A stretch of DNA of 64,000 nucleotides from Auanema rhodensis (Eukaryota > Animalia > Nematoda). Where the stretch lies: assembly GCA_964057225.1 (NCBI GenBank), contig OZ059900.1:25978001-26042000 (forward strand). Reading direction: 5' to 3'. Positions 40,358 to 56,100 of this stretch are shown one piece after another. The position numbers were made by a program, and so were the translations under genes. The notes under the pieces are model-generated. The model had not been told where the DNA came from. It worked only from the letters and a program-made list of their open reading frames with translations, and made no database searches. The number at the start of each line of letters is the position of its first letter. Within the stretch, counting starts at the first letter, position 1.

Positions 40358-43300
40358 TTTTTTTGTCGTGAAAGTGGAACTAGACGTTGTACGAACAGTT
40401 TTGAGCTAGGTTTCATTGACATTGCATGAGTTTGAACACATGAAATCGTAAGTCAAAACCTTGTTTACAGCGAAATTTCCAAAAACTGGTTTTCCAGCAT
40501 AATAAAATATTTCTCATGGGAAATACTGTGTTTTTGTATTTTTTCAGTGTTCAGCATGTAAAATGCTTCATTTTAGTATGTAACACGCTGAAATTCGTTG
40601 CATTTGACGACTCATATGAACAAAAATCGATTTAATCAATATTAGCCATAAGGGGCGTGCCCTCAGAATATGCTAATTTCCTTAATTTTCTAACCCCTGT
40701 TTTTTTGTCGTGAAAGTGGAACTAGACGTTGTACGAACAATTTTGAGCTAGGTTTCATTGACATTGCATGAGTTTGAACACATGAAATCGTAAGTCAAAA
40801 CCTTGTTTACAGCGAAATTTCCAAAAACTGGTTTTCCAGCATAATAAAATATTTCTCATGGGAAATACTGTGTTTTTGTATTTTTTTAGTGTTCAGCATG
40901 TAAAATGCGTCATTTTAGTATGTAAAACGCTGAAATTCGTTGCATTTGACGACTCATATGAACAAAAATCGATTTTATCAATATTAGCCATAAGGGGCGT
41001 GCCCTCAGAATATGCTAATTTCCTTAATTCTCTAACCCCTGTTTTTTTGTCGTGAAAGTGGAACTAGACGTTGTACGAACAATTTTGAGCTAGGTTTCAT
41101 TGACATTGCATGAGTTTGAACACATGAAATCGTAAGTCAAAACCTTGTTTACAGCGAAATTTCCAAAAACTGGTTTTCCAGCATAATAAAATATTTCTCA
41201 AGGGAAAAACTGTGTTTTCATATTTTTCAAGTGTTCAGCATGTAAAATGCTTCATTTTAGTATGTAACACGCTGAAATTCCTTGCATTTGACGACTCATA
41301 TGAACAAAAATCGATTTAATCAATATTAGCCATAAGGGGCGTGCCCTCAGAATTTGCTAATTTCCTTATATTTCTAACCCCTGTTTTTTTGTCGTGAAAG
41401 TGGAACTAGACGTTGTACGAACAATTTTGAGCTAGGTTTCATTGACATTGCATGAGTTTGAACACATGAAATCGTAAGTCAAAACCTTGTTTACAGCGAA
41501 ATTTCCAAAAACTGGTTTTCCAGCATAATAAAATATTTCTCATGGGAAATACTGTGTTTTTGTATTTTTCTAGTGTTCAGCATGTAAAATGCTTCATTTT
41601 AGTATGTAACACGCTGAAATTTGTTGCATTTGACGACTCATATGAACAAAAATCGATTTAATCAATATTAGCCATAAGGGGCGTGCCCTCAGAATATGCT
41701 AATTTCCTTAATTTTCTAACCCCTGTTTTTTTGTCGTGAAAGTGGAACTAGACGTTGTACGAACAATTTTGAGCTAGGTTTCATTGACATTGCATGAGTT
41801 TGAACACATGAAATCGTAAGTCAAAACCTTGTTTACAGCGAAATTTCCAAAAACTGGTTTTCCAGCATAATAAAATATTTCTCAAGGGAAAAACTGTGTT
41901 TTCATATTTTTCAAGTGTTCAGCATGTAAAATGCTTCATTTTAGTATGTAACACGCTGAAATTCCTTGCATTTGACGACTCATATGAACAAAAATCGATT
42001 TAATCAATATTAGCCATAAGGGGCGTGCCCTCAGAATATGCTAATTTCCTTAATTTTCTAACCCCTGTTTTTTTGTCGTGAAAGTGGAACTAGACGTTGT
42101 ACGAACAATTTTGAGCTAGGTTTCATTGACATTGCATGAGTTTGAACACATGCAATCGTAAGTCAAAACCTTGTTTACAGCGAAATTTCCAAAAACTGGT
42201 TTTCCAGCATAATAAAATATTTCTCATGGGAAAAACTGTGTTTTTGTATTTTTCTAGTGTTCAGCATGTAAAATGCTTCATTTTAATATGTAACACGCTG
42301 AAATTCGTTGCATTTGACGACTCATATGAACAAAAATCGATTTAATCAATATTAGCCATAAGGGGCGTGCCCTCAGAATATGCTAATTTCCTTAATTTTC
42401 TAACCCCTGTTTTTTTGTCGTGAAAGTGGAACTAGACGTTGTACGAACAATTTTGAGCTAAGTTTCATTGACATTGCATGAGTTTGAACACATGAAATCG
42501 TAAGTCAAAACCTTGTTTACAGCGAAATTTCCAAAAACTGGTTTTCCAGCATAATAAAATATTTCTCATGAGAAATACTGTGTTTTTGTATTTTTTTAAT
42601 GTTCAGCATGTAAAACGCTTCATTTTGATATGTAAAACGCTGAAATTCGTTGCATTTGACGACTCATATGAACAAAAATCGATTTTATCAATATTAGCCA
42701 TAAGGGGCGTGCCCTCAGAATATGCTAATTTCCTTAATTTTCTAACCCCTGTTTTTTTGTCGTGAAAGTGGAACTAGACGTTGTACGAACAATTTTGAGC
42801 TAGGTTTCATTGACATTGCATGAGTTTGAACACATGAAATCGTAAGTCAAAAACCTTGTTTACAGCGAAATTTCCAAAAACTGGTTTTCCAGCATAATAC
42901 AATATTTCTCAAGGGAAAAACTGTGTTTTTATATTTTTCTAGTGTTCAGCATGTAAAATGCTTCATTTTAGTATGTAACACGCTGAAATTCGTTGCATTT
43001 GACGACTCATATGAACAAAAATCGATTTTATCAATATTAGCCATAAGGGGCGTGCCCTCAGAATATGCTAATTTCCTTTATTTTCTAACCCCTGTTTTTT
43101 TGTCGTGAAAGTGGAACTAGACGTTGTACGAACAGTTTTGAGCTAGGTTTCATTGACATTGCATGAGTTTGAACACATGAAATCGTAAGTCAAAACCTTG
43201 TTTACAGCGAAATTTCCAAAACTGGTTTTCCAGCATAATAAAATATTTCTCATGGGAAATACTGTGTTTTTGTAGTTTTTCAGTGTTCAGCATGTAAAAT

Positions 43301-46300
43301 GATTCATTTTAGTATGTAACACGCTGAAATTCGTTGCATTTGACGACTCATATGAACAAAAATCGATTTAATCAATATTAGCCATAAGGGGCGTGCCCTC
43401 AGAATATGCTAATTTCCTTAATTTTCTAACCCCTGTTTTTTTGTCGTGAAAGTGAAACTAGACGTTGTACGAACAATTTTGAGCTAGGTTTCATTGACAT
43501 TGCATGAGTTTGAACACATGAAATCGTAAGTCAAAACCTTGTTTACAGCGAAATTTCCAAAAACTGGTTTTCCAGCATAATACAATATTTCTCATGGGAA
43601 ATACTGTGTTTTTATATTTTTCTAGTGTTCAGCATGTAAAATGCTTCATTTTAGTATGTAACACGCTGAAATTCGTTGCATTTGACGACTCATATGAACA
43701 AAAATCGATTTTATCAATATTAGCCATAAGGGGCGTGCCCTCAGAATATGCTAATTTCCTTAATTTTCTAACCCCTGTTTTTTTGTCGTGAAAGTGGAAC
43801 TAGACGTTGTACGAACAGTTTTGAGCTAGGTTTCATTGACATTGCATGAGTTTGAACACATGAAATCGTAAGTCAAAACCTTGTTTACAGCGAAATTTCC
43901 AAAAACTGGTTTTCCAGCATAATAAAATATTTCTCATGGGAAATACTGTGTTTTTGTATTTTTTCAGTGTTCAGCATGTAAAATGCTTCATTTTAGTATG
44001 TAACACGCTGAAATTCGTTGCATTTGACGACTCATATGAACAAAAATCGATTTAATCAATATTAGCCATAAGGGGCGTGCCCTCAGAATATGCTAATTTC
44101 CTTAATTTTCTAACCCCTGTTTTTTTGTCGTGAAAGTGGAACTAGACGTTGTACGAACAATTTTGAGCTAGGTTTCATTGACATTGCATGAGTTTGAACA
44201 CATGAAATCGTAAGTCAAAACCTTGTTTACAGCGAAATTTCCAAAAACTGGTTTTCCAGCATAATAAAATATTTCTCATGGGAAATACTGTGTTTTTGTA
44301 TTTTTTTAGTGTTCAGCATGTAAAATGCGTCATTTTAGTATGTAAAACGCTGAAATTCGTTGCATTTGACGACTCATATGAACAAAAATCGATTTTATCA
44401 ATATTAGCCATAAGGGGCGTGCCCTCAGAATATGCTAATTTCCTTAATTTTCTAACCCCTGTTTTTTTGTCGTGAAAGTGGAACTAGACGTTGTACGAAC
44501 AATTTTGAGCTAAGTTTCATTGACATTGCATGAGTTTGAACACATGAAATCGTAAGTCAAAACCTTGTTTACAGCGAAATTTCCAAAAACTGGTTTTCCA
44601 GCATAATAAAATATTTCTCATGAGAAATACTGTGTTTTTGTATTTTTTTAATGTTCAGCATGTAAAATGCTTCATTTTGATATGTAAAACGCTGAAATTC
44701 GTTGCATTTGACGATTCATATGAACAAAAATCGATTTTATCAATATTAGCCATAAGGGGCGTGCCCTCAGAATATGCTAATTTCCTTAATTTTCTAACCC
44801 CTGTTTTTTGTCGTGAAAGTGGAACTAGACGTTGTACGAACAATTTTGAGCAAGGTTTCATTGACATTGCATGAGTTTGAACACATGAAATCGTAAGTCA
44901 AAACCTTGTTTACAGCGAAATTTCCAAAAACTGGTTTTCCAGCATAATACAATATTTCTCATGGGAAATACTGTGTTTTTATATTTTTCTAGTGTTCAGC
45001 ATATAAAATGCTTCATTTTAGTATGTAACACGCTGAAATTCGTTGCATTTGACGACTCATATGAACAAAAATCGATTTTATCAATATTAGCCATAAGGGG
45101 CGTGCCCTCAGAATATGCTAATTTCCTTAATTTTCTAACCCCTGTTTTTTTGTCGTGAAAGTGGAACTAGACGTTGTACGAACAGTTTTGAGCTAGGTTT
45201 CATTGACATTGCATGAGTTTGAACACATGAAATCGTAAGTCAAAACCTTGTTTACAGCGAAATTTCCAAAAACTGGTTTTCCAGCATAATAAAATATTTC
45301 TCATGGGAAATACTGTGTTTTTGTATTTTTTCAGTGTTCAGCATGTAAAATGCTTCATTTTAGTATGTAACACGCTGAAATTCGTTGCATTTGACGACTC
45401 ATATGAACAAAAATCGATTTTATCAATATTAGCCATAAGGGGCGTGCCCTCAGAATATGCTAATTTCCTTAATTTTCTAACCCCTGTTTTTTTGTCGTGA
45501 AAGTGGAACTAGACGTTGTACGAACAATTTTGAGCTAGGTTTCATTGACATTGCATGAGTTTGAACACATGCAATCGTAAGTCAAAACCTTGTTTACAGC
45601 GAAATTTCCAAAAACTGGTTTTCCAGCATAATAAAATATTTCTCATGGGAAATACTGTGTTTTTGTATTTTTTTAGTGTTCAGCATGTAAAATGCGTCAT
45701 TTTAGTATGTAAAACGCTGAAATTCGTTGCATTTGACGACTCATATGAACAAAAATCGATTTTATCAATATTAGCCATAAGGGGCGTGCCCTCAGAATAT
45801 GCTAATTTCCTTAATTCTCTAACCCCTGTTTTTTTGTCGTGAAAGTGGAACTAGACGTTGTACGAACAATTTTGAGCTAGGTTTCATTGACATTGCATGA
45901 GTTTGAACACATGAAATCGTAAGTCAAAACCTTGTTTACAGCGAAATTTCCAAAAACTGGTTTTCCAGCATAATAAAATATTTCTCAAGGGAAAAACTGT
46001 GTTTTCATATTTTTCAAGTGTTCAGCATGTAAAATGCTTCATTTTAGTATGTAACACGCTGAAATTCCTTGCATTTGACGACTCATATGAACAAAAATCG
46101 ATTTAATCAATATTAGCCATAAGGGGCGTGCCCTCAGAATTTGCTAATTTCCTTATATTTCTAACCCCTGTTTTTTTGTCGTGAAAGTGGAACTAGACGT
46201 TGTACGAACAATTTTGAGCTAGGTTTCATTGACATTGCATGAGTTTGAACACATGAAATCGTAAGTCAAAACCTTGTTTACAGCGTAATTTCCAAAAACT

Positions 46301-49300
46301 GGTTTTCCAGCATAATAAAATATTTCTCATGGGAAATACTGTGTTTTTGTATTTTTCTAGTGTTCAGCATGTAAAATGCTTCATTTTAGTATATAACACG
46401 CTGAAATTTGTTGCATTTGACGACTCATATGAACAAAAATCGATTTAATCAATATTAGCCATAAGGGGCGTGCCCTCAGAATATGCTAATTTCCTTAATT
46501 TTCTAACCCCTGTTTTTTTGTCGTGAAAGTGGAACTAGACGTTGTACGAACAATTTTGAGCTAGGTTTCATTGACATTGCATGAGTTTGAACACATGCAA
46601 TCGTAAGTCAAAACCTTGTTTACAGCGAAATTTCCAAAAACTGGTTTTCCAGCATAATAAAATATTTCTCATGGGAAAAACTGTGTTTTTGTATTTTTCT
46701 AGTGTTCAGCATGTAAAATGCTTTATTTTAATATGTAACACGCTGAAATTCGTTGCATTTGACGACTCATATGAACAAAAATCGATTTAATCAATATTAG
46801 CCATAAGGGGCGTGCCCTCAGAATATGCTAATTTCCTTAATTTTCTAACCCCTGTTTTTTTGTCGTGAAAGTGGAACTAGACGTTGTACGAACAATTTTG
46901 AGCTAAGTTTCATTGACATTGCATGAGTTTGAACACATGAAATCGTAAGTCAAAACCTTGTTTACAGCGAAATTTCCAAAAACTGGTTTTCCAGCATAAT
47001 AAAATATTTCTCAAGGGAAAAACTGTGTTTTCATATTTTTCAAGTGTTCAGCATGTAAAATGCTTCATTTTAGTATGTAACACGCTGAAATTCCTTGCAT
47101 TTGACGACTCATATGAACAAAAATCGATTTAATCAATATTAGCCATAAGGGGCGTGCCCTCAGAATATGCTAATTTCCTTAATTTTCTAACCCCTGTTTT
47201 TTTGTCGTGAAAGTGGAACTAGACGTTGTACGAACAATTTTGAGCTAGGTTTCATTGACATTGCATGAGTTTGAACACATGAAATCGTAAGTCAAAACCT
47301 TGTTTACAGCGAAATTTCCAAAAACTGGTTTTCCAGCATAATAAAATATTTCTCATGAGAAATACTGTGTTTTTGTATTTTTTTAATGTTCAGCATGTAA
47401 AACGCTTCATTTTGATATGTAAAACGCTGAAATTCGTTGCATTTGACGACTCATATGAACAAAAATCGATTTTATCAATATTAGCCATAAGGGGCGTGCC
47501 CTCAGAATATGCTAATTTCCTTAATTTTCTAACCCCTGTTTTTTTGTCGTGAAAGTGGAACTAGACGTTGTACGAACAATTTTGAGCTAGGTTTCATTGA
47601 CATTGCATGAGTTTGAACACATGAAATCGTAAGTCAAAACCTTGTTTACAGCGAAATTTCCAAAAACTGGTTTTCCAGCATAATACAATATTTCTCATGG
47701 GAAATACTGTGTTTTTATATTTTTCTAGTGTTCAGCATGTAAAATGCTTCATTTTAGTATGTAACACGCTGAAATTCGTTGCATTTGACGACTCATATGA
47801 ACAAAAATCGATTTTATCAATATTAGCCATAAGGGGCGTGCCCTCAGAATATGCTAATTTCCTTAATTTTCTAACCCCTGTTTTTTTGTCGTGAAAGTGG
47901 AACTAGACGTTGTACGAACAGTTTTGAGCTAGGTTTCATTGACATTGCATGAGTTTGAACACATGAAATCGTAAGTCAAAACCTTGTTTACAGCGAAATT
48001 TCCAAAAACTGGTTTTCCAGCATAATAAAATATTTCTCATGGGAAATACTGTGTTTTTGTATTTTTTCAGTGTTCAGCATGTAAAATGCTTCATTTTAGT
48101 ATGTAACACGCTGAAATTCGTTGCATTTGACGACTCATATGAACAAAAATCGATTTAATCAATATTAGCCATAAGGGGCGTGCCCTAAGAATATGCTAAT
48201 TTCCTTAATTTTCTAACCCCTGTTTTTTTGTCGTGAAAGTGGAACTAGACGTTGTACGAACAATTTTGAGCTAGGTTTCATTGACATTGCATGAGTTTGA
48301 ACACATGAAATCGTAAGTCAAAACCTTGTTTACAGCGAAATTTCCAAAAACTGGTTTTCCAGCATAATAAAATATTTCTCATGGGAAATACTGTGTTTTT
48401 GTATTTTTTTAGTGTTCAGCATGTAAAATGCGTCATTTTAGTATGTAAAACGCTGAAATTCGTTGCATTTGACGACTCATATGAACAAAAATCGATTTTA
48501 TCAATATTAGCCATAAGGGGCGTGCCCTCAGAATATGCTAATTTCCTTAATTCTCTAACCCCTGTTTTTTTGTCGTGAAAGTGGAACTAGACGTTGTACG
48601 AACAATTTTGAGCTAGGTTTCATTGACATTGCATGAGTTTGAACACATGAAATCGTAAGTCAAAACCTTGTTTACAGCGAAATTTCCAAAAACTGGTTTT
48701 CCAGCATAATAAAATATTTCTCAAGGGAAAAACTGTGTTTTCATATTTTTCAAGTGTTCAGCATGTAAAATGCTTCATTTTAGTATGTAACACGCTGAAA
48801 TTCCTTGCATTTGACGACTCATATGAACAAAAATCGATTTAATCAATATTAGCCATAAGGGGCGTGCCCTCAGAATTTGCTAATTTCCTTATATTTCTAA
48901 CCCCTGTTTTTTTGTCGTGAAAGTGGAACTAGACGTTGTACGAACAATTTTGAGCTAGGTTTCATTGACATTGCATGAGTTTGAACACATGAAATCGTAA
49001 GTCAAAACCTTGTTTACAGCGAAATTTCCAAAAACTGGTTTTCCAGCATAATAAAATATTTCTCATGGGAAATACTGTGTTTTTGTATTTTTCTAGTGTT
49101 CAGCATGTAAAATGCTTCATTTTAGTATGTAACACGCTGAAATTTGTTGCATTTGACGACTCATATGAACAAAAATCGATTTAATCAATATTAGCCATAA
49201 GGGGCGTGCCCTCAGAATATGCTAATTTCCTTAATTTTCTAACCCCTGTTTTTTTGTCGTGAAAGTGGAACTAGACGTTGTACGAACAATTTTGAGCTAG

Positions 49301-52300
49301 GTTTCATTGACATTGCATGAGTTTGAACACATGAAATCGTAAGTCAAAACCTTGTTTACAGCGAAATTTCCAAAAACTGGTTTTCCAGCATAATAAAATA
49401 TTTCTCAAGGGAAAAACTGTGTTTTCATATTTTTCAAGTGTTCAGCATGTAAAATGCTTCATTTTAGTATGTAACACGCTGAAATTCCTTGCATTTGACG
49501 ACTCATATGAACAAAAATCGATTTAATCAATATTAGCCATAAGGGGCGTGCCCTCAGAATATGCTAATTTCCTTAATTTTCTAACCCCTGTTTTTTTGTC
49601 GTGAAAGTGGAACTAGACGTTGTACGAACAATTTTGAGCTAGGTTTCATTGACATTGCATGAGTTTGAACACATGCAATCGTAAGTCAAAACCTTGTTTA
49701 CAGCGAAATTTCCAAAAACTGGTTTTCCAGCATAATAAAATATTTCTCATGGGAAAAACTGTGTTTTTGTATTTTTCTAGTGTTCAGCATGTAAAATGCT
49801 TCATTTTAATATGTAACACGCTGAAATTCGTTGCATTTGACGACTCATATGAACAAAAATCGATTTAATCAATATTAGCCATAAGGGACGTGCCCTCAGA
49901 ATATGCTAATTTCCTTAATTTTCTAACCCCTGTTTTTTTGTCGTGAAAGTGGAACTAGACGTTGTACGAACAATTTTGAGCTAAGTTTCATTGACATTGC
50001 ATGAGTTTGAACACATGAAATCGTAAGTCAAAACCTTGTTTACAGCGAAATTTCCAAAAACTGGTTTTCCAGCATAATAAAATATTTCTCATGAGAAATA
50101 CTGTGTTTTTGTATTTTTTTAATGTTCAGCATGTAAAACGCTTCATTTTGATATGTAAAACGCTGAAATTCGTTGCATTTGACGACTCATATGAACAAAA
50201 ATCGATTTTATCAATATTAGCCATAAGGGGCGTGCCCTCAGAATATGCTAATTTCCTTAATTTTCTAACCCCTGTTTTTTTGTCGTGAAAGTGGAACTAG
50301 ACGTTGTACGAACAATTTTGAGCTAGGTTTCATTGACATTGCATGAGTTTGAACACATGAAATCGTAAGTCAAAAACCTTGTTTACAGCGAAATTTCCAA
50401 AAACTGGTTTTCCAGCATAATACAATATTTCTCAAGGGAAAAACTGTGTTTTTATATTTTTCTAGTGTTCAGCATGTAAAATGCTTCATTTTAGTATGTA
50501 ACACGCTGAAATTCGTTGCATTTGACGACTCATATGAACAAAAATCGATTTTATCAATATTAGCCATAAGGGGCGTGCCCTCAGAATATGCTAATTTCCT
50601 TAATTTTCTAACCCCTGTTTTTTTGTCGTGAAAGTGGAACTAGACGTTGTACGAACAGTTTTGAGCTAGGTTTCATTGACATTGCATGAGTTTGAACACA
50701 TGAAATCGTAAGTCAAAACCTTGTTTACAGCGAAATTTCCAAAAACTGGTTTTCCAGCATAATAAAATATTTCTCATGGGAAATACTGTGTTTTTGTAGT
50801 TTTTCAGTGTTCAGCATGTAAAATGATTCATTTTAGTATGTAACACGCTGAAATTCGTTGCATTTGACGACTCATATGAACAAAAATCGATTTAATCAAT
50901 ATTAGCCATAAGGGGCGTGCCCTCAGAATATGCTAATTTCCTTAATTTTCTAACCCCTGTTTTTTTGTCGTGAAAGTGAAACTAGACGTTGTACGAACAA
51001 TTTTGAGCTAGGTTTCATTGACATTGCATGAGTTTGAACACATGAAATCGTAAGTCAAAACCTTGTTTACAGCGAAATTTCCAAAAACTGGTTTTCCAGC
51101 ATAATACAATATTTCTCATGGGAAATACTGTGTTTTTATATTTTTCTAGTGTTCAGCATGTAAAATGCTTCATTTTAGTATGTAACACGCTGAAATTCGT
51201 TGCATTTGACGACTCATATGAACAAAAATCGATTTTATCAATATTAGCCATAAGGGGCGTGCCCTCAGAATATGCTAATTTCCTTAATTTTCTAACCCCT
51301 GTTTTTTTGTCGTGAAAGTGGAACTAGACGTTGTACGAACAGTTTTGAGCTAGGTTTCATTGACATTGCATGAGTTTGAACACATGAAATCGTAAGTCAA
51401 AACCTTGTTTACAGCGAAATTTCCAAAAACTGGTTTTCCAGCATAATAAAATATTTCTCATGGGAAATACTGTGTTTTTGTATTTTTTCAGTGTTCAGCA
51501 TGTAAAATGCTTCATTTTAGTATGTAACACGCTGAAATTCGTTGCATTTGACGACTCATATGAACAAAAATCGATTTAATCAATATTAGCCATAAGGGGC
51601 GTGCCCTCAGAATATGCTAATTTCCTTAATTTTCTAACCCCTGTTTTTTTGTCGTGAAAGTGGAACTAGACGTTGTACGAACAATTTTGAGCTAGGTTTC
51701 ATTGACATTGCATGAGTTTGAACACATGAAATCGTAAGTCAAAACCTTGTTTACAGCGAAATTTCCAAAAACTGGTTTTCCAGCATAATAAAATATTTCT
51801 CATGGGAAATACTGTGTTTTTGTATTTTTTTAGTGTTCAGCATGTAAAATGCGTCATTTTAGTATGTGAAACGCTGAAATTCGTTGCATTTGACGACTCA
51901 TATGAACAAAAATCGATTTTATCAATATTAGCCATAAGGGGCGTGCCCTCAGAATATGCTAATTTCCTTAATTTTCTAACCCCTGTTTTTTTGTCGTGAA
52001 AGTGGAACTAGACGTTGTACGAACAATTTTGAGCTAAGTTTCATTGACATTGCATGAGTTTGAACACATGAAATCGTAAGTCAAAACCTTGTTTACAGCG
52101 AAATTTCCAAAAACTGGTTTTCCAGCATAATAAAATATTTCTCATGAGAAATACTGTGTTTTTGTATTTTTTTAATGTTCAGCATGTAAAATGCTTCATT
52201 TTGATATGTAAAACGCTGAAATTCGTTGCATTTGACGATTCATATGAACAAAAATCGATTTTATCAATATTAGCCATAAGGGGCGTGCCCTCAGAATATG

Positions 52301-53130
52301 CTAATTTCCTTAATTTTCTAACCCCTGTTTTTTGTCGTGAAAGTGGAACTAGACGTTGTACGAACAATTTTGAGCAAGGTTTCATTGACATTGCATGAGT
52401 TTGAACACATGAAATCGTAAGTCAAAACCTTGTTTACAGCGAAATTTCCAAAAACTGGTTTTCCAGCATAATACAATATTTCTCATGGGAAATACTGTGT
52501 TTTTATATTTTTCTAGTGTTCAGCATATAAAATGCTTCATTTTAGTATGTAACACGCTGAAATTCGTTGCATTTGACGACTCATATGAACAAAAATCGAT
52601 TTTATCAATATTAGCCATAAGGGGCGTGCCCTCAGAATATGCTAATTTCCTTAATTTTCTAACCCCTGTTTTTTTGTCGTGAAAGTGGAACTAGACGTTG
52701 TACGAACAGTTTTGAGCTAGGTTTCATTGACATTGCATGAGTTTGAACACATGAAATCGTAAGTCAAAACCTTGTTTACAGCGAAATTTCCAAAAACTGG
52801 TTTTCCAGCATAATAAAATATTTCTCATGGGAAATACTGTGTTTTTGTATTTTTTCAGTGTTCAGCATGTAAAATGCTTCATTTTAGTATGTAACACGCT
52901 GAAATTCGTTGCATTTGACGACTCATATGAACAAAAATCGATTTTATCAATATTAGCCATAAGGGGCGTGCCCTCAGAATATGCTAATTTCCTTAATTTT
53001 CTAACCCCTGTTTTTTTGTCGTGAAAGTGGAACTAGACGTTGTACGAACAATTTTGAGCTAGGTTTCATTGACATTGCATGAGTTTGAACACATGCAATC
53101 GTAAGTCAAAACCTTGTTTACAGCGAAATT
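40358..53130 (+). repeat. Duplicated block of about 15 monomers at a 22-monomer offset (7523-7524 bp): about 40358-45600 and about 47881-53130
   Basis: ORF pairs are 40858/48381, 42136/49659, 42568/50091, 42923/50446, 43594/51118, 44620/52144 and 45303/52827. The private variants TGTAGTTTT and AAATGATTCA occur only at about 43275-43301 and about 50799-50825. Confidence 0.88.
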
Positions 53131-56100
53131 TCCAAAAACTGGTTTTCCAGCATAATAAAATATTTCTCATGGGAAAAACTGTGTTTTTGTATTTTTCTAG
53201 TGTTCAGCATGTAAAATGCTTTATTTTAATATGTAACACGCTGAAATTCGTTGCATTTGACGACTCATATGAACAAAAATCGATTTAATCAATATTAGCC
53301 ATAAGGGGCGTGCCCTCAGAATATGCTAATTTCCTTAATTTTCTAACCCCTGTTTTTTTGTCGTGAAAGTGGAACTAGACGTTGTACGAACAATTTTGAG
53401 CTAAGTTTCATTGACATTGCATGAGTTTGAACACATGAAATCGTAAGTCAAAACCTTGTTTACAGCGAAATTTCCAAAAACTGGTTTTCCAGCATAATAA
53501 AATATTTCTCAAGGGAAAAACTGTGTTTTCATATTTTTCAAGTGTTCAGCATGTAAAATGCTTCATTTTAGTATGTAACACGCTGAAATTCCTTGCATTT
53601 GACGACTCATATGAACAAAAATCGATTTAATCAATATTAGCCATAAGGGGCGTGCCCTCAGAATATGCTAATTTCCTTAATTTTCTAACCCCTGTTTTTT
53701 TGTCGTGAAAGTGGAACTAGACGTTGTACGAACAATTTTGAGCTAGGTTTCATTGACATTGCATGAGTTTGAACACATGAAATCGTAAGTCAAAAACCTT
53801 GTTTACAGCGAAATTTCCAAAAACTGGTTTTCCAGCATAATACAATATTTCTCAAGGGAAAAACTGGGTTTTTATATTTTTCTAGTGTTCAGCATGTAAA
53901 ATGCTTCATTTTAGTATGTAACACGCTGAAATTCGTTGCATTTGACGACTCATATGAACAAAAATCGATTTTATCAATATTAGCCATAAGGGGCGTGCCC
54001 TCAGAATATGCTAATTTCCTTAATTTTCTAACCCCTGTTTTTTTGTCGTGAAAGTGGAACTAGACGTTGTACGAACAGTTTTGAGCTAGGTTTCATTGAC
54101 ATTGCATGAGTTTGAACACATGAAATCGTAAGTCAAAACCTTGTTTACAGCGAAATTTCCAAAAACTGGTTTTCCAGCATAATAAAATATTTCTCATGGG
54201 AAATACTGTGTTTTTGTATTTTTTCAGTGTTCAGCATGTAAAATGCTTCATTTTAGTATGTAACACGCTGAAATTCGTTGCATTTGACGACTCATATGAA
54301 CAAAAATCGATTTAATCAATATTAGCCATAAGGGGCGTGCCCTCAGAATATGCTAATTTCCTTAATTTTCTAACCCCTGTTTTTTTGTCGTGAAAGTGAA
54401 ACTAGACGTTGTACGAACAATTTTGAGCTAGGTTTCATTGACATTGCATGAGTTTGAACACATGAAATCGTAAGTCAAAACCTTGTTTACAGCGAAATTT
54501 CCAAAAACTGGTTTTCCAGCATAATACAATATTTCTCATGGGAAATACTGTGTTTTTATATTTTTCTAGTGTTCAGCATGTAAAATGCTTCATTTTAGTA
54601 TGTAACACGCTGAAATTCGTTGCATTTGACGACTCATATGAACAAAAATCGATTTTATCAATATTAGCCATAAGGGGCGTGCCCTCAGAATATGCTAATT
54701 TCCTTAATTTTCTAACCCCTGTTTTTTTGTCGTGAAAGTGGAACTAGACGTTGTACGAACAGTTTTGAGCTAGGTTTCATTGACATTGCATGAGTTTGAA
54801 CACATGAAATCGTAAGTCAAAACCTTGTTTACAGCGAAATTTCCAAAAACTGGTTTTCCAGCATAATAAAATATTTCTCATGGGAAATACTGTGTTTTTG
54901 TATTTTTTCAGTGTTCAGCATGTAAAATGCTTCATTTTAGTATGTAACACGCTGAAATTCGTTGCATTTGACGACTCATATGAACAAAAATCGATTTAAT
55001 CAATATTAGCCATAAGGGGCGTGCCCTCAGAATATGCTAATTTCCTTAATTTTCTAACCCCTGTTTTTTTGTCGTGAAAGTGGAACTAGACGTTGTACGA
55101 ACAATTTTGAGCTAGGTTTCATCGACATTGCATGAGTTTGAACACATGAAATCGTAAGTCAAAACCTTGTTTACAGCGAAATTTCCAAAAACTGGTTTTC
55201 CAGCATAATAAAATATTTCTCATGGGAAATACTGTGTTTTTGTATTTTTTTAGTGTTCAGCATGTAAAATGCGTCATTTTAGTATGTAAAACGCTGAAAT
55301 TCGTTGCATTTGACGACTCATATGAACAAAAATCGATTTTATCAATATTAGCCATAAGGGGCGTGCCCTCAGAATATGCTAATTTCCTTAATTTTCTAAC
55401 CCCTGTTTTTTTGTCGTGAAAGTGGAACTAGACGTTGTACGAACAATTTTGAGCTAAGTTTCATTGACATTGCATGAGTTTGAACACATGAAATCGTAAG
55501 TCAAAACCTTGTTTACAGCGAAATTTCCAAAAACTGGTTTTCCAGCATAATAAAATATTTCTCATGAGAAATACTGTGTTTTTGTATTTTTTTAATGTTC
55601 AGCATGTAAAATGCTTCATTTTGATATGTAAAACGCTGAAATTCGTTGCATTTGACGATTCATATGAACAAAAATCGATTTTATCAATATTAGCCATAAG
55701 GGGCGTGCCCTCAGAATATGCTAATTTCCTTAATTTTCTAACCCCTGTTTTTTGTCGTGAAAGTGGAACTAGACGTTGTAAGAACAATTTTGAGCAAGGT
55801 TTCATTGACATTGCATGAGTTTGAACACATGAAATCGTAAGTCAAAACCTTGTTTACAGCGAAATTTCCAAAAACTGGTTTTCCAGCATAATACAATATT
55901 TCTCATGGGAAATACTGTGTTTTTATATTTTTCTAGTGTTCAGCATATAAAATGCTTCATTTTAGTATGTAACACGCTGAAATTCGTTGCATTTGACGAC
56001 TCATATGAACAAAAATCGATTTTATCAATATTAGCCATAAGGGGCGTGCCCTCAGAATATGCTAATTTCCTTAATTTTCTAACCCCTGTTTTTTTGTCGT

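Noticed and set aside
10441-43215. Singleton homopolymer indels (+T at about 10449, -G at about 24580, -A at about 43210)
   Set aside because: Each is seen once in a homopolymer run and cannot be distinguished from sequencing or consensus error without reads.
35729-55818. Overlapping 84-aa (+) and 70-aa (-) ORF pairs at four sites, superficially like a sense/antisense toxin-antitoxin pair
   Set aside because: They are created by the T7-to-T6 frameshift plus linked point variants in one duplicated monomer. There is no independent coding evidence.
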